Shown here one piece after another: positions 8,637-19,442 of a stretch of DNA of 64,000 nt. The translations under genes were made by a program, and so were the position numbers. The notes under the pieces are model-generated. The model had not been told where the DNA came from and ran no database searches. It was given only the letters and a program-made list of their open reading frames with translations. Position 1 is the stretch's first letter; each line of letters opens with the position of its first letter. Source of the DNA: Peptococcia bacterium (GTDB taxonomy: Bacteria > Bacillota > Peptococcia > DRI-13 > DTU073); assembly GCA_050951605.1 (NCBI GenBank), contig JBMNJJ010000009.1, positions 66,361 through 130,360 of the forward strand. Reading direction: 5' to 3'.

Positions 8637-9677
8637 TTAATAATCTATTATAATGGCGTCGCCTTTAGAGGTAGAGACGGTTCGGCCAAAACTACTGATA
8701 TATTCTTCTACTGCCCTTCTTTCTTGGACCAGGGTTTTTTCCTGGTCAAAAGATTGAGGATAGATTTCGTAAAGCTGGCGATAAGAAAGGGGTTCTACCT
8801 TCCTCATAATCACATTGGCTCCGGCACAAAAAGCATTAGTCTTTGTAGCTACTTCAAGGGCTGTTGTTGTGGGCAGATGTGTTCTTTTGAGTATGATTCT
8901 GGCAAGAGCCACGGCTTTTAAGGTTAAAAGACTGCAGTCGGTAGTTGTAGTGTTCTTGCCAAGTGGTGTATCAGGATGGGGAATAAAGGGGCCAATGCCA
9001 GCCATTTCCACATCCAGTTCTTTTAAAAGCAAGAGGTCTTGAGCGATTGTTTCCAGAGATTGTCCCGGAAGTCTAACCATAAAGCCGCTTCCTGTTTGGT
9101 AGCCTAAGCTTTTTAGCCATCGCAGACATTCGATTCTTTTTTCTAAGGAAGAGTTAGGGTGGAGTTTTTGATATAAAACACTATCTGCTGTTTCGTGTTT
9201 TAGTAAATATCTGTCGGCTCCATTTTTTTTCCATTGGGCATATTCTCGATATTCTCTTTCCCCAATGCTTAGGGTGATGGCGATATCCCCGAGCCCTTTT
9301 ATTTTTCTAATCAGATAAGAAATACTCTCCTGCGTATAGTAGGGGTCTTCACCGGATTGTAGAACTATGGTTTTATAGCCGACTTGATAGGCTTCTTGGG
9401 CGATAGCGACAATTTCATCCGGTTCTATTCTGTAACGGGGGAGGGTTTTGTTTTCTCTTCGTAAGCCACAGTAAAGACAGTTACAGCGACAAAAGTTAGA
9501 GAATTCAATGATTCCTCTTAAATGAACTTCATTTCCACAATACTTTTTCCTGACCTGGTCAGCTTTTTGCCAAAGAGGATCATTGTTTTCTCCGGCTAAA
9601 ACTTCGACAAGTTGTTCTATACTTGGTTTTGTAGCTGTAGCAATTTGTTCTATGAGGAATTCGGTTTTAGTGTGCAT
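8637..9677 (-). CDS. hydE: [FeFe]-hydrogenase maturase HydE (radical SAM, BioB-like)
   Basis: 346 aa; CRCNCLYCGLRREN radical SAM motif; BioB-like fold; adjacent to hydG. Confidence 0.9.
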   Translation of the reverse strand: MHTKTEFLIEQIATATKPSIEQLVEVLAGENNDPLWQKADQVRKKYCGNEVHLRGIIEFSNFCRCNCLYCGLRRENKTLPRYRIEPDEIVAIAQEAYQVGYKTIVLQSGEDPYYTQESISYLIRKIKGLGDIAITLSIGEREYREYAQWKKNGADRYLLKHETADSVLYQKLHPNSSLEKRIECLRWLKSLGYQTGSGFMVRLPGQSLETIAQDLLLLKELDVEMAGIGPFIPHPDTPLGKNTTTTDCSLLTLKAVALARIILKRTHLPTTTALEVATKTNAFCAGANVIMRKVEPLSYRQLYEIYPQSFDQEKTLVQERRAVEEYISSFGRTVSTSKGDAIIIDY

Positions 9678-9707
9678 ACTCGCTTTTCCTCCCTAAATAT
9701 AGAAATA

Positions 9708-9740
9708 GAAAAAGGCTTCTTCCTTAAAGGAGAAGCCTTG
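9708..9740 (-). terminator. Intrinsic terminator inside the hydE 5' leader (candidate attenuator)
   Basis: The minus strand reads ccaaGGCTTCTCCtttaaGGAAGAAGCCttttt, ending ~30 nt upstream of the hydE RBS. No upstream minus-strand gene is present for it to terminate. Confidence 0.6.
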
Positions 9741-9852
9741 GCTTTACGTAAGAATCCTGCTAATTATTTCATGGCAGTATCTAGCCCAAACGAAAAGATG
9801 ACTTCCCCTTTTACGCAGATTTTCTTTCATCCTTGTAATCAGGTATATATAT

Positions 9853-9881
9853 ATTATAAAGAGAAGTTTTTTGTTTGTCTA
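9853..9881 (-). promoter_or_regulatory. Sigma-A type promoter for the hydE leader
   Basis: Minus strand TAGACA-17 nt-TATAAT (plus-strand coordinates 9876..9881 and 9853..9858). Confidence 0.55.
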
Positions 9882-10018
9882 GCTTAATTAATGATATGAT
9901 ATTATTTAATTAGAGTTTTACCATTTTTAGGAGGGATTTGGAGAGTGATGTGGAAATAATTATAGACAATAGAATAATATAGAATTAAATAATTTGAACC
10001 GGAGAAAGGGGTCTTTTT

Positions 10019-10564
10019 ATGAGAACCGGTAAAACTATATGGTTGATTGATGCGGCGTATTTATTTAATGCCCAACGTTCCTTAGGCGATTATAATTTTG
10101 ATTACTTAAAATTAAGGAACAAGTTAGAGAAACGTGGTGAGATTAGTCGTGTTTATTATTTGAATTCATCGCAAAACCCACCGAATGATGCACAAAATGC
10201 TTTTCATTCCTGGTTAAAAACTGCTAGACCTAATGGTCCACAATTTTTAGTAAAGTTATATAAACTGAAGGAAAGCGAGAATACTTGTCCTTATTGTCAA
10301 CAAGATTTTACTTGCCAAGTACAAAAAGGTGTCGATGTGGGTTTGGCGACATTTATTGTCAAACTTGCTCATCAGAAGAGTTACGATAATTTAATTCTTT
10401 CTTCAGGAGATGGAGATTTAGAAGATTCGGTAGCTTATGTTAAAGAATATTTATATAAAAGAATTGAATTATGTGTATTTAATGGTGGAGTTTCCCCGGA
10501 TTTACAAGCTTATGCTGATTATATTTACTGGATTAATGACTTTGCGCAAGAAGTATCAAAATAG
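10019..10564 (+). CDS. NYN (LabA/DUF88-like) domain protein with Cys-rich insert
   Basis: IWLIDAAYL, QKGVDVGLA and SSGDGDL motifs of NYN/PIN-like nucleases, with a CPYCQQDFTC insert. Confidence 0.7.
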   Translation: MRTGKTIWLIDAAYLFNAQRSLGDYNFDYLKLRNKLEKRGEISRVYYLNSSQNPPNDAQNAFHSWLKTARPNGPQFLVKLYKLKESENTCPYCQQDFTCQVQKGVDVGLATFIVKLAHQKSYDNLILSSGDGDLEDSVAYVKEYLYKRIELCVFNGGVSPDLQAYADYIYWINDFAQEVSK

Positions 10565-10746
10565 AAATACGTTCTAAAAAGAGAGTGTCAGATAAAATTA
10601 GTTTTTGAGTTCCTTATTTAAAAAGGGACTTTTCTTTTTGTGGTGAGAAGCTTACAAAAAGGGTAGGGGCTTGTCCGGATAAAAGTAATTATGATAAAAT
10701 ACAGGCAAAGATTGTTAAGTACGGAGTTGAAGAAAGGGGAAGATTT

Positions 10747-12240
10747 TTGGTGAATAATAATTCTGCCAAGGTAGTTATTATTGCTCACACTCCTGAGCCG
10801 GAAAAGCTTTGTGCTTCGGCAGCAGGTATATCAACGACTAAAGGTACGGCCTTGGAAATATATAATAAGAAGCAAGAGCGAGAAAAAGCGCAAAAATTAA
10901 TTAAAAATGTTTTAAAATTAGGCCATACAACTACGATTGAGCATGCTTGCTTTACAATTGCTTTTGAGAACGTTTCTGCTTTTGTGGAGCAATTTATGAT
11001 TGAATTTCGTTTAGCTTCTTTTACGGTAAAGTCGCGGCGTTATGTTGACTTTAGTCAAATGGGGTATTATCAACCGAAATTTAGATTTAAGACTGAGGTT
11101 AGTAAGAAAGATAACCAGTATTTTGTTAATTTATACAATACTCATATAAAAAGAATTTTTTCAGAATACGAGTATTTAATACAGAATGGTGTACCTCGTG
11201 AAGATGCTCGTTTTCTTTTACCTTATTGTTACCGAAGTAATTTTTATTGCACGGTTAATGCACGAGAATTACAGCATATTATTTATGTTGCTCTTTATGG
11301 TAGAGGAAGTAAGTATCCGGAAATAAAAGAGATAGGAGCATCTTTGCTGGAGCAGGCTAAAAAGATTGCCCCGGGCATTTTCGGTGTTATTTTAGAAGAG
11401 GGTAGGGATGATAAAGAAGAAAGACTCCGTGAATTGTTAAGAGAAGATACTTTTCAGGCAAAAAGCTTAACAAAAAGAGAGTTGAGGCAAGAGCAAAAAA
11501 GGGAGGAAAATAGTGGTGCTTTTTGTGAGCTTTTGAGTTATACAGATAATCCGGAAAAAGTAGTGGCAAGTACAGTCTTAATTAAGCATACACTTTGTTC
11601 TAGTGAAATGGTGCAAAGGATACTTGAGGGGAACAGTGCTTTTCAGGAGAAGTTACTAAAGATTGCTTGTGAGGATCAGAGAAAACGTGAGTTGGAACAA
11701 ATTTGTTTTACATTTAGAATTAATAACCTTACTCTAGCAGGGCTTACTCATCTGGCACGTCATCGTTTGCAATCACTTAATGTTCCTTCTTTTACGGAAT
11801 TTGGTTTCAGCAAGGGCTATGTTTTGCCTGATTCTATTAGGCAAAAACCCAATCTTTTGTCTAGATATGTAGAGATGTGGGAAGCACATAAAAAAATATT
11901 TTGTGAATTTGCAGAGGCAGGTGTAGTTAAAGAAGACTTAGTTTATTTATATTTAAGCGGAAATTTGGTAGATGTAGTGACAACAATGAATGGACGAGAA
12001 CTTTTCCACTTTTTACGTTTACGAACTTGTAGGAGGGCACAATGGGAAATACGGGCTATAGCTGTGGAAATGTTGGTTGAGTTAAGGAAGATTTCGTCGG
12101 CTCTTTTTAAAAGGTTTGGTCCTAGTTGTTATGTTTTAGGCAAATGTCCGGAAGGTAAACTTTCTTGTGGTCATAAAGAGGAAGTAGTAAAAAGATTTAC
12201 CAAAGGTGAGGAATTAGACGTGGAGAAAGGTAAAGAATAA
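10747..12240 (+). CDS. thyX: FAD-dependent thymidylate synthase ThyX, tandem double-domain form
   Basis: 497 aa, about twice the usual ThyX length. The N-half has GHTTTIEH...FRLASFTVKSRRY and the C-half has ARHRLQSLNVPS...HFLRLRTCRRAQWEIR. Confidence 0.85.
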   Translation: MVNNNSAKVVIIAHTPEPEKLCASAAGISTTKGTALEIYNKKQEREKAQKLIKNVLKLGHTTTIEHACFTIAFENVSAFVEQFMIEFRLASFTVKSRRYVDFSQMGYYQPKFRFKTEVSKKDNQYFVNLYNTHIKRIFSEYEYLIQNGVPREDARFLLPYCYRSNFYCTVNARELQHIIYVALYGRGSKYPEIKEIGASLLEQAKKIAPGIFGVILEEGRDDKEERLRELLREDTFQAKSLTKRELRQEQKREENSGAFCELLSYTDNPEKVVASTVLIKHTLCSSEMVQRILEGNSAFQEKLLKIACEDQRKRELEQICFTFRINNLTLAGLTHLARHRLQSLNVPSFTEFGFSKGYVLPDSIRQKPNLLSRYVEMWEAHKKIFCEFAEAGVVKEDLVYLYLSGNLVDVVTTMNGRELFHFLRLRTCRRAQWEIRAIAVEMLVELRKISSALFKRFGPSCYVLGKCPEGKLSCGHKEEVVKRFTKGEELDVEKGKE

Positions 12241-12273
12241 AAATAGATTTTTTATAAATAGAGGAGGTAGAAC

Positions 12274-13233
12274 ATGAAAAAAATCGCTCTCTTAACTAGT
12301 GGTGGTGATGCCCCGGGGATGAATGCTGCGATTAGAGCAATTGTCCGGACGGCTATTTATTATGGGGTTGAGGTTGTTGGGGTTAAAAGGGGATATATGG
12401 GCTTGATTGAAAAGGACTTTATTCCGTTAAATCTAGGCTCTGTTGCCGATATAATTCATCGGGGAGGCACGATACTTCTTACTGCCCGTTGTGATGAGTT
12501 TTATCAGGAAGAGGAGCGGAAAAAAGCTGTAGCCAATATGAAGAAGGAAGGTATTGAAGGAGTTATCGTGATTGGTGGTGATGGGAGTTTTCGCGGGGCT
12601 TTGGAATTAGAAAATTTAGGGATGCCTGTCATTTGTATTCCCGGTACCATTGATAATGATATTCCTTGCACAAGTGCAACGATTGGTTTTGATACTGTTA
12701 TAAATACAGTAGTGGATGCAATTAATAAAATTAGAGATACGGCTACTTCTCATGAACGGATTTTTGTGATTGAGGTCATGGGAAGAAGGTCGGGATTTAT
12801 TGCTTTAGAAGCAGGGTTAGCGGGAGGAGCGGAATCGATTATGATTCCGGAACTTCCTCTTAAAACCGAGGATATTATCAGAAATATTAAAAGGGGTCTG
12901 CGGAGAGGGAAAAAGCATAGTATTATTATCATTGCTGAAGGGGCAGCCGATGCGACGAAAGTGACGAAAGAAATTATGGAGAAAACCGGTTTAGAAACAC
13001 GCTTATCGATTTTAGGTTACATTCAACGCGGCGGAACACCTAGTGCTCAGGATCGCTTGTTGGCCGGAAGAATGGGTGCAGAAGCAGTGAATTTGCTTTT
13101 ACGGGGAGAACGGAAAAAGATGTTGGGGTTAGATGGAGACAAGATTAGAAATTTTGATATTGATTGGGCGATTAATCAGTCTAAGACGGTTAGTTTAGAA
13201 GACCTACGTCTTGCTGGTATGCTTTCTATTTAA
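12274..13233 (+). CDS. pfkA: ATP-dependent 6-phosphofructokinase
   Basis: LTSGGDAPGMNAAIRA, GGDGS and PGTIDND motifs; 319 aa. Confidence 0.95.
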   Translation: MKKIALLTSGGDAPGMNAAIRAIVRTAIYYGVEVVGVKRGYMGLIEKDFIPLNLGSVADIIHRGGTILLTARCDEFYQEEERKKAVANMKKEGIEGVIVIGGDGSFRGALELENLGMPVICIPGTIDNDIPCTSATIGFDTVINTVVDAINKIRDTATSHERIFVIEVMGRRSGFIALEAGLAGGAESIMIPELPLKTEDIIRNIKRGLRRGKKHSIIIIAEGAADATKVTKEIMEKTGLETRLSILGYIQRGGTPSAQDRLLAGRMGAEAVNLLLRGERKKMLGLDGDKIRNFDIDWAINQSKTVSLEDLRLAGMLSI

Positions 13234-13281
13234 TTTGATATTCACAATCCGGAATTATAATTAGGGAGGATAAGTGGCACA

Positions 13282-14904
13282 ATGATAATTACCATAGCAC
13301 AATTAAATCCTGTTGTCGGGGCGATAGAAAAAAACTTAGAAGTGATGAAGAAAATTTTGCAGGAACAGAATCGAAAGGGGTCAGAACTACTTGTTTTCCC
13401 GGAACTTTTTTTAGTAGGTTATCCTCCTTTGGCTCTTTTAAAGAAGGCTTGGTTTATTCAAAAAGCGCAAGAAGCGGTAGAGGAGTTGCGTGCTTTTTCG
13501 CAGAGTTTTCCTCAAACAGGTTTGTTATTCGGTGCTCCGCGTATAGTAAAAAAGGTGCAAGGAGAAAGCTTATCTAATTCTGCTGTACTAATTTGTGGTG
13601 GAAAGATTCTTTTCGAACAGGCAAAAACTGTTCTTCCCTGTTATGACCTCTTTGATGAGAAACGGTATTTTACACCAGCTACAAAAATGGAGACAGTGAA
13701 TTTTCATGGTGAAAAATTAGGTATCTTGCTTGGCGAAGATGCATGGTTAGAGACGACTTCAGGAGACCTTGTAGAAAAATTAAAAAGAAAAGGGGCGACG
13801 CTATTAATTAATCTGGCGGCCTTTCCTTTTTATAGAGGCTCGGAGAAAATTATTTATAGTACATTTAGGGAACATGCTCAGAAGCACAAGCTTCCATTAG
13901 TTTATGTGAATCAAGTAGGGGCAAATGATGAACTTGTTTTTGCCGGAAAGAGTTTTTGCTTGGAGCGTGAGGGACAGCCACTCGCTGTTTTGGCACCCTT
14001 TCAAGAACAGGTTTTAACACTTAATACACAAGAACAAGGTCCTCTAGAAAAATATTGCTTACAGGAGGAAGTAGAGTCTGTATACGAGGCTTTGGTGTTA
14101 GGAATTAAGGATTATTTTCAAAAGACTGGTTTTCAAAAGGCCCTGATTGGTCTTTCCGGAGGGATTGATTCGGCTTTAGTTTGTGCGCTCGCTGTAGCTG
14201 CTTTAGGTAAAGAAAACGTTGTAGGAATTTCGTTACCTTCACCTTTTTCTTCTCCGGGTAGTGTGGAGGACTCTCGTCAGTTAGCACAAAACTTGGGCAT
14301 TAATTTTAAAGTTATTTCTATTTCCGGGATTTATGAAAAATATTTAGAGACACTACAAGAGTACTTTGTGGATAGACCTAACGACCTTACTGAAGAAAAT
14401 ATACAGGCTCGTATTCGTGGTAATCTTTTAATGGCTTTTGCTAATAAATTTGGTTATCTTCTACTTACTACCGGCAATAAGAGTGAGCTGGCGGTAGGCT
14501 ATTGTACTTTGTATGGTGATATGAGTGGAGGGCTGGGTGTAATTTCTGATGTGCCGAAAACAATGGTCTATCAATTGTCTCATTATCTTAATCGGGAGAA
14601 GGAAATTATTCCTGTAAGTACGATCGAAAAGGCACCTTCAGCGGAATTAAGACCTGAACAAAAGGATGAAGATACTTTGCCTCCTTATGAAATTTTAGAC
14701 CAGTTATTGTTTCTTTATCTCGAGGGGGATTATTCCTCGGAAGAATTGATACAGGAAGGTTTTGCAGTGGAAACAGTAGAGTGGGTAGTAAAAACTGTAG
14801 CGAGAAATGAATACAAAAGGAGACAGACCGTACCGGGGCTTAAGGTTAATACTAAGCCTGAGGCGATGGAGCCAAGAATGCCACTTACTGCACAATATTA
14901 TTAA
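13282..14904 (+). CDS. nadE: Glutamine-dependent NAD+ synthetase
   Basis: N-terminal CN-hydrolase domain (FPELFLVGYP) plus a C-terminal PP-loop synthetase (GLSGGIDSA). Confidence 0.92.
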   Translation: MIITIAQLNPVVGAIEKNLEVMKKILQEQNRKGSELLVFPELFLVGYPPLALLKKAWFIQKAQEAVEELRAFSQSFPQTGLLFGAPRIVKKVQGESLSNSAVLICGGKILFEQAKTVLPCYDLFDEKRYFTPATKMETVNFHGEKLGILLGEDAWLETTSGDLVEKLKRKGATLLINLAAFPFYRGSEKIIYSTFREHAQKHKLPLVYVNQVGANDELVFAGKSFCLEREGQPLAVLAPFQEQVLTLNTQEQGPLEKYCLQEEVESVYEALVLGIKDYFQKTGFQKALIGLSGGIDSALVCALAVAALGKENVVGISLPSPFSSPGSVEDSRQLAQNLGINFKVISISGIYEKYLETLQEYFVDRPNDLTEENIQARIRGNLLMAFANKFGYLLLTTGNKSELAVGYCTLYGDMSGGLGVISDVPKTMVYQLSHYLNREKEIIPVSTIEKAPSAELRPEQKDEDTLPPYEILDQLLFLYLEGDYSSEELIQEGFAVETVEWVVKTVARNEYKRRQTVPGLKVNTKPEAMEPRMPLTAQYY

Positions 14905-14935
14905 TGGGAAGATCTAATTAAGAGCTGGTGAATAA

Positions 14936-15211
14936 ATGGAAAAAAACATTAAAGACCTTGGTATTATTATACTTGGTTGGGTTTTCGTTTTTCTAGGGAT
15001 AATCGGACTTTTTTTGCCGGTATTGCAAGGAATTTTGTTTTTGTTAATTGGTTTATATGTTCTTTCTAAAAGGTCTGTTTTAGCACGAAAACTTTTAGTT
15101 GAAGTTAAACAAAGAATCCCTCGCCTTTCCGGAAAACTGGAGCTTGCTCGTCGGGATGGGGAAAAAATTATAAAAAGCATAAAAAAAAGACTTTGCAGAC
15201 CTCGGAAGTGA
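14936..15211 (+). CDS. Small two-TM membrane protein (PGPGW-like)
   Basis: 91 aa; GIIGLFLPVLQGILFLLIGLYVLS hairpin TM pattern with a basic C-terminal tail. Confidence 0.5.
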   Translation: MEKNIKDLGIIILGWVFVFLGIIGLFLPVLQGILFLLIGLYVLSKRSVLARKLLVEVKQRIPRLSGKLELARRDGEKIIKSIKKRLCRPRK

Positions 15212-15257
15212 CAGAGGTTATTTCGTTCTGTTGATATAATTTTATGATATACTAGTA

Positions 15258-18025
15258 TTGTCTTCTGTTTTTAAAGAAATAGAGGGAGGAGAGGTGAAGG
15301 ACGTGGCTGATGTTTATGAATTTTCATCTGAGGAGGACACAAAGTCTGGACATTTTCGGCTTTCTCGGAAATGGTTAATTGTTTTACTGTTATTGCTTTT
15401 TTATATACTGATTCGTTTTTTGGTATTTTTTAAACTAGATTGGACTTGGTTTAATGTATTAGGTTATGTTACGGTTTTTTGGCGTACCTTTTCAGGAAAA
15501 ATTTTGTTGGGAACAATTATTTTTGTTGTTACTTTCTTCTTAAGTTATTTAAATATCTTTTTTGTTTTTAGAATAGCGAAGAAACCTTTACGTCCTTTGC
15601 TCTCTCTAGTTCTTGCTTTTTTTGTAGCTTTTTTAGTGACCAGTAATGGAAGTCAGTTTTGGTTACAAGTTTTACAATCTTTGCACGCTGAACCGTTTGG
15701 AGTGGTTGATCCTCAGTTTAATTTAGATATTGGCTTTTATGTTTTTCGGCTTCCTGTTCTTTGGCTTGTTTATCGCTTGGTTAATCTTTTACTCTTGTTT
15801 AATGTTTGCATAGCGATACCTTTATATTTGTTTCTTTTATCCGGCAAGATTGAGATTTCAACTCAATATATGACTAAACGTATTTTTACACAGGAAGAGC
15901 GTAAAGCCATTACTCATATTGGTTTTTTATTGGGTCTTATTTTTGTGGTGCAGGCTTGGCGCTATAAGCTATTATCATATGAATTGCTTTTTTCGCAGGA
16001 AGGTTCCGTTATAGGTGCAGGTGCGGCTGAACTTGGAGCAAAGTTACCCGGTTATTATGTGATGATTTTTCTTTCTTTAGCTTTAGGAATTTTTGTTTTT
16101 TTCTTTCTGCCTAAAAACATTAAAAAAGTTCTTTTTTCTGTAGCCGCTTATTTTATTGCTGCAGCTTTGATTACAGGCTTTTTTCCGGGAGTATATCAAA
16201 AGTTCATTGTGGATCCTGATGAATTAAGACAGGAATTGCCTTATCTTGAGCGGAATATTGCTTTTACGCGTCAAGCCTATGGTTTAGAAAATTTAACGAC
16301 AGAGGAATATCCGGTTACGGAGTTAACAAGTGCGGAAATTAATAAAAATCGCGATATTATTGATAATATTCGGCTTCTCGACCATAGAGCGACCAGAAGT
16401 ACTTATGGCCAGCAACAGGAAATTCGGCTTTATTATGACTTTATTGATGTAGATGTAGATCGTTATCTGATTAATGGCAAACCTACACAAGTCTTACTTG
16501 CGGCTCGTGAGCTTAATAGAAAGGTTTTACCTGATCGGGCGAAGACGTTTAATAACCTGATGTTTAAATATACGCACGGTTTTGGTTTAGTGATGAGTCC
16601 GGCGAATGCGGTAAGTGAAACAGGGCTCCCTCAGTATTTAATTCAAGATATACCTCCCGCAGTCAGCACTCGGATCCAATTAAGCAACCGCGGATTTATT
16701 TTGGGGAGGCCGTACAGGATAATGTGATTGTCAAGACCGGTTTAAAAGAGTTTGATTATCCTTTGGGTGATGATAATCAAGAGTATGTCTATGAAGGGGA
16801 AAAAGGCATCCCGATGACTTTTTTCAATAAAATATTGCTGACTTTACGTGACCTACAGTTCAGGTATTTGTTATCTGATTATATTACACCGGAGAGTCAG
16901 TATTTGGAAACACGTAATATTATGGATCGTGTCAAAAGAATAGCTCCTTTCCTTTTATATGACCAAGACCCTTATTTGGTTTTAGGTGAGGATGGGCATC
17001 TTTATTATTTGTTGGATGCCTATACGGTTACAGATAAGTATCCTTATTCGCAAGCAGTAGGGGAAGCGGGCAGTTTTAACTATATGCGTAATAGTGTTAA
17101 AATTGTTATCAATGCTTATTCGGGGGAAGTTGATTTTTATGTTTTTGACCAAGAGGACCCGATAATTAAAGTGTATAGTAAGATTTACCCTACTTTATTT
17201 AAGAGTAGTGCAGATTTCCCGCAAGATTTACGGGCACATATTCGTTATCCGGAAGATTTCTTTACGATACAATCATTGATGATTAGAGACTATCATATGA
17301 TGAATCCAACAGTCTTTTTTACCCGTGAAGATAGATGGGAATTTGGGCGGGAGGTATATTGGGGCGAACTACAGGTACAGGAACCTTTTTACAGTATTAT
17401 TCGCCTTCCCGGTGAAGAAAAAGAGGAATTTATTTTAATGCGGGTCTTTTCCCCGGCTCGCAAGCAAAATATGATTGCTTGGTTAGCGGCACGTTCCGAT
17501 GGTGACAATTATGGGAAACTACTTTTATATAAATTTCCTAAAGGTGTACAGATACCGGGGACAGCACAAGTAGAGTCGTTAATTGATCAAGACCCGGAGA
17601 TTTCTAGTCAGTTGACCCTCTGGGGACAAGGTGGCAGTAGGGTTTTGCGGGGAAACTTATTAGTATATCCCATTGCCGGTTCGCTTCTTTATGTTGAGCC
17701 ATTATATATTGAAGCAGAACAAAACAAATATCCTCAGTTAAAGAAAGTTTTTGTTTATTATAAGGATACTATTGTGATGGAGGATACTTTAGAGCAAGCT
17801 TTGCTAAGTATTTTTGGAGGTGATGTAGGTAAAGATACTCTTCCTTTTACAGGAAAGGGTACAGAGACAGAAGATACTATTGGTGATGAGGATAATTTCC
17901 GGCAGCTATTTATGCGTTTAGCAGAATTATACAAAGAAGGACAGGAAAGAATAAAAGCCGGCGATTGGGCCGGTTATGGTCAGATTCAGAAGGAAATAGA
18001 TAGTTTGATTCGTGAAGAAGAATAA
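15258..18025 (+). pseudogene. UPF0182 family large membrane protein, split by a frameshift
   Basis: ORFs 15258..16727 (multi-TM N-terminus) and 16724..18025 are in different frames. The downstream frame reads open back to ...DPIKQPRIYFGEAVQDNVIVKTG, so a 1-nt loss near 16665..16690 is inferred. Confidence 0.7.
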
Positions 18026-18064
18026 AGGAGACAGAGAGTTTCAGACAAATAATGGGGGATTTTA

Positions 18065-18835
18065 ATGCAAGATTATCATACACACACATATCGTTGTAAA
18101 CATGCTCAAGGTGATGTAGAAGATTATGCGGAGTATGCGTTACAGCAAGGTTTTGAAGTTTTAGGGGTATCGGATCATACAGCCTTACCTGATAATTGGT
18201 GTTTGGGAATAAGGATGGCGATAAGTGAATTACCTGATTATGTACAGGCTATAGAAAAAGCTCAAAGAAAATACTCGGAATTGACTATTTTAAAGGGTAT
18301 GGAATGTGAATATCAAAAGAAATATCATAATTTTTTTCAGGATGAGCTTTTAGGTAGATGGGAATTTGATTATTTAGCTTTAGGACAACATCTTTTTTAT
18401 TGTGAGGGTGAATTAATATCTTTTTGGCAAGATATTAAAGGGGTTAAAGAACTCAAAGTGTACACAGAAGAACTTGTTCAAGGTATGGAGTCCGGTCTTT
18501 TTGCTTATATTGCTCATCCCGATGCGTTTGGTAGTTTTTATCGGTATTGGGATGAAGAAACGATAGCTTGTTCACGCTATATTCTAGAGGCGGCAGAAGC
18601 ATATTGTATCCCTTTAGAAATTAACGGAAACGGTTTTCGTAAAGGGAAAATACAGACTTCTCAAGGAGAGCGTTTTCGTTATCCGTTAGAACAATTTTGG
18701 GAAATGGCTTCTGACTATGAGGTTCAGGTATTAATTAATTCCGATGCTCATCAGCCGGAACAACTTGGCACTTATTTTCAAGAAGGGCAAAAATTAGTAG
18801 AGAGATATAATTTACATTTAATCGATAGCTTATAA
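18065..18835 (+). CDS. PHP-family histidinol-phosphatase (HisJ-like)
   Basis: MQDYHTHTYRCKHA N-terminal metal motif, SDH, and later HPD / SDAH motifs. Confidence 0.8.
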   Translation: MQDYHTHTYRCKHAQGDVEDYAEYALQQGFEVLGVSDHTALPDNWCLGIRMAISELPDYVQAIEKAQRKYSELTILKGMECEYQKKYHNFFQDELLGRWEFDYLALGQHLFYCEGELISFWQDIKGVKELKVYTEELVQGMESGLFAYIAHPDAFGSFYRYWDEETIACSRYILEAAEAYCIPLEINGNGFRKGKIQTSQGERFRYPLEQFWEMASDYEVQVLINSDAHQPEQLGTYFQEGQKLVERYNLHLIDSL

Positions 18836-18882
18836 GTGTATGTTTTGATAGAATAATTATATTATACAGTAGAGAAAGCGGT

Positions 18883-19410
18883 GTGATGATGAGTATAAAT
18901 AAACAGGAAATTAAAGAATGGGTTATTACTATTTTAACAGCAATAGTTTTAGTAATTATTATTAGAGCTTTTGTCCTTGATAGTAGAGTAGTTCCTACTC
19001 CTTCCATGGTACCAACAATACAGCCTTGGGACAGGCTTTTTGTGGAGAAGATAACACATCGTTTTAAAGGTTTAGAGAGAGGTGAAGTAATTGTTTTCGC
19101 TCCTCCGGAACAGTCACGCTTGAAAGATGACTTAATTAAACGACTTATTGGTTTGCCTGGTGATACTGTAGAAATTAAGGCAGGTAAAGTTTATGTTAAT
19201 AGTGAACCCTTAATGGAACCATATCTTGCGGAACCTATTCAATATGAATATCCTTTAATTACGGTTCCGGAAGGAAAAATGTTTGTTCTAGGTGATAATC
19301 GTAATCGCTCTTATGATTCACATGAGTGGGGATTTGCTGATTTAGAGAGTGTTAAGGGTAAGGCACTTTTTACGTATTGGCCATTTGATAGAATGAAATA
19401 TTGGAAATAG
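18883..19410 (+). CDS. lepB: Signal peptidase I
   Basis: N-terminal TM; catalytic PTPSMVPTI (Ser), KRLIGLPGDTV (Lys) and GDNRNRSYDS boxes. Confidence 0.92.
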   Translation: MMMSINKQEIKEWVITILTAIVLVIIIRAFVLDSRVVPTPSMVPTIQPWDRLFVEKITHRFKGLERGEVIVFAPPEQSRLKDDLIKRLIGLPGDTVEIKAGKVYVNSEPLMEPYLAEPIQYEYPLITVPEGKMFVLGDNRNRSYDSHEWGFADLESVKGKALFTYWPFDRMKYWK

Positions 19411-19442
19411 GTTTAAGCTATAAAAGATTTTTTGAGAGGTGT

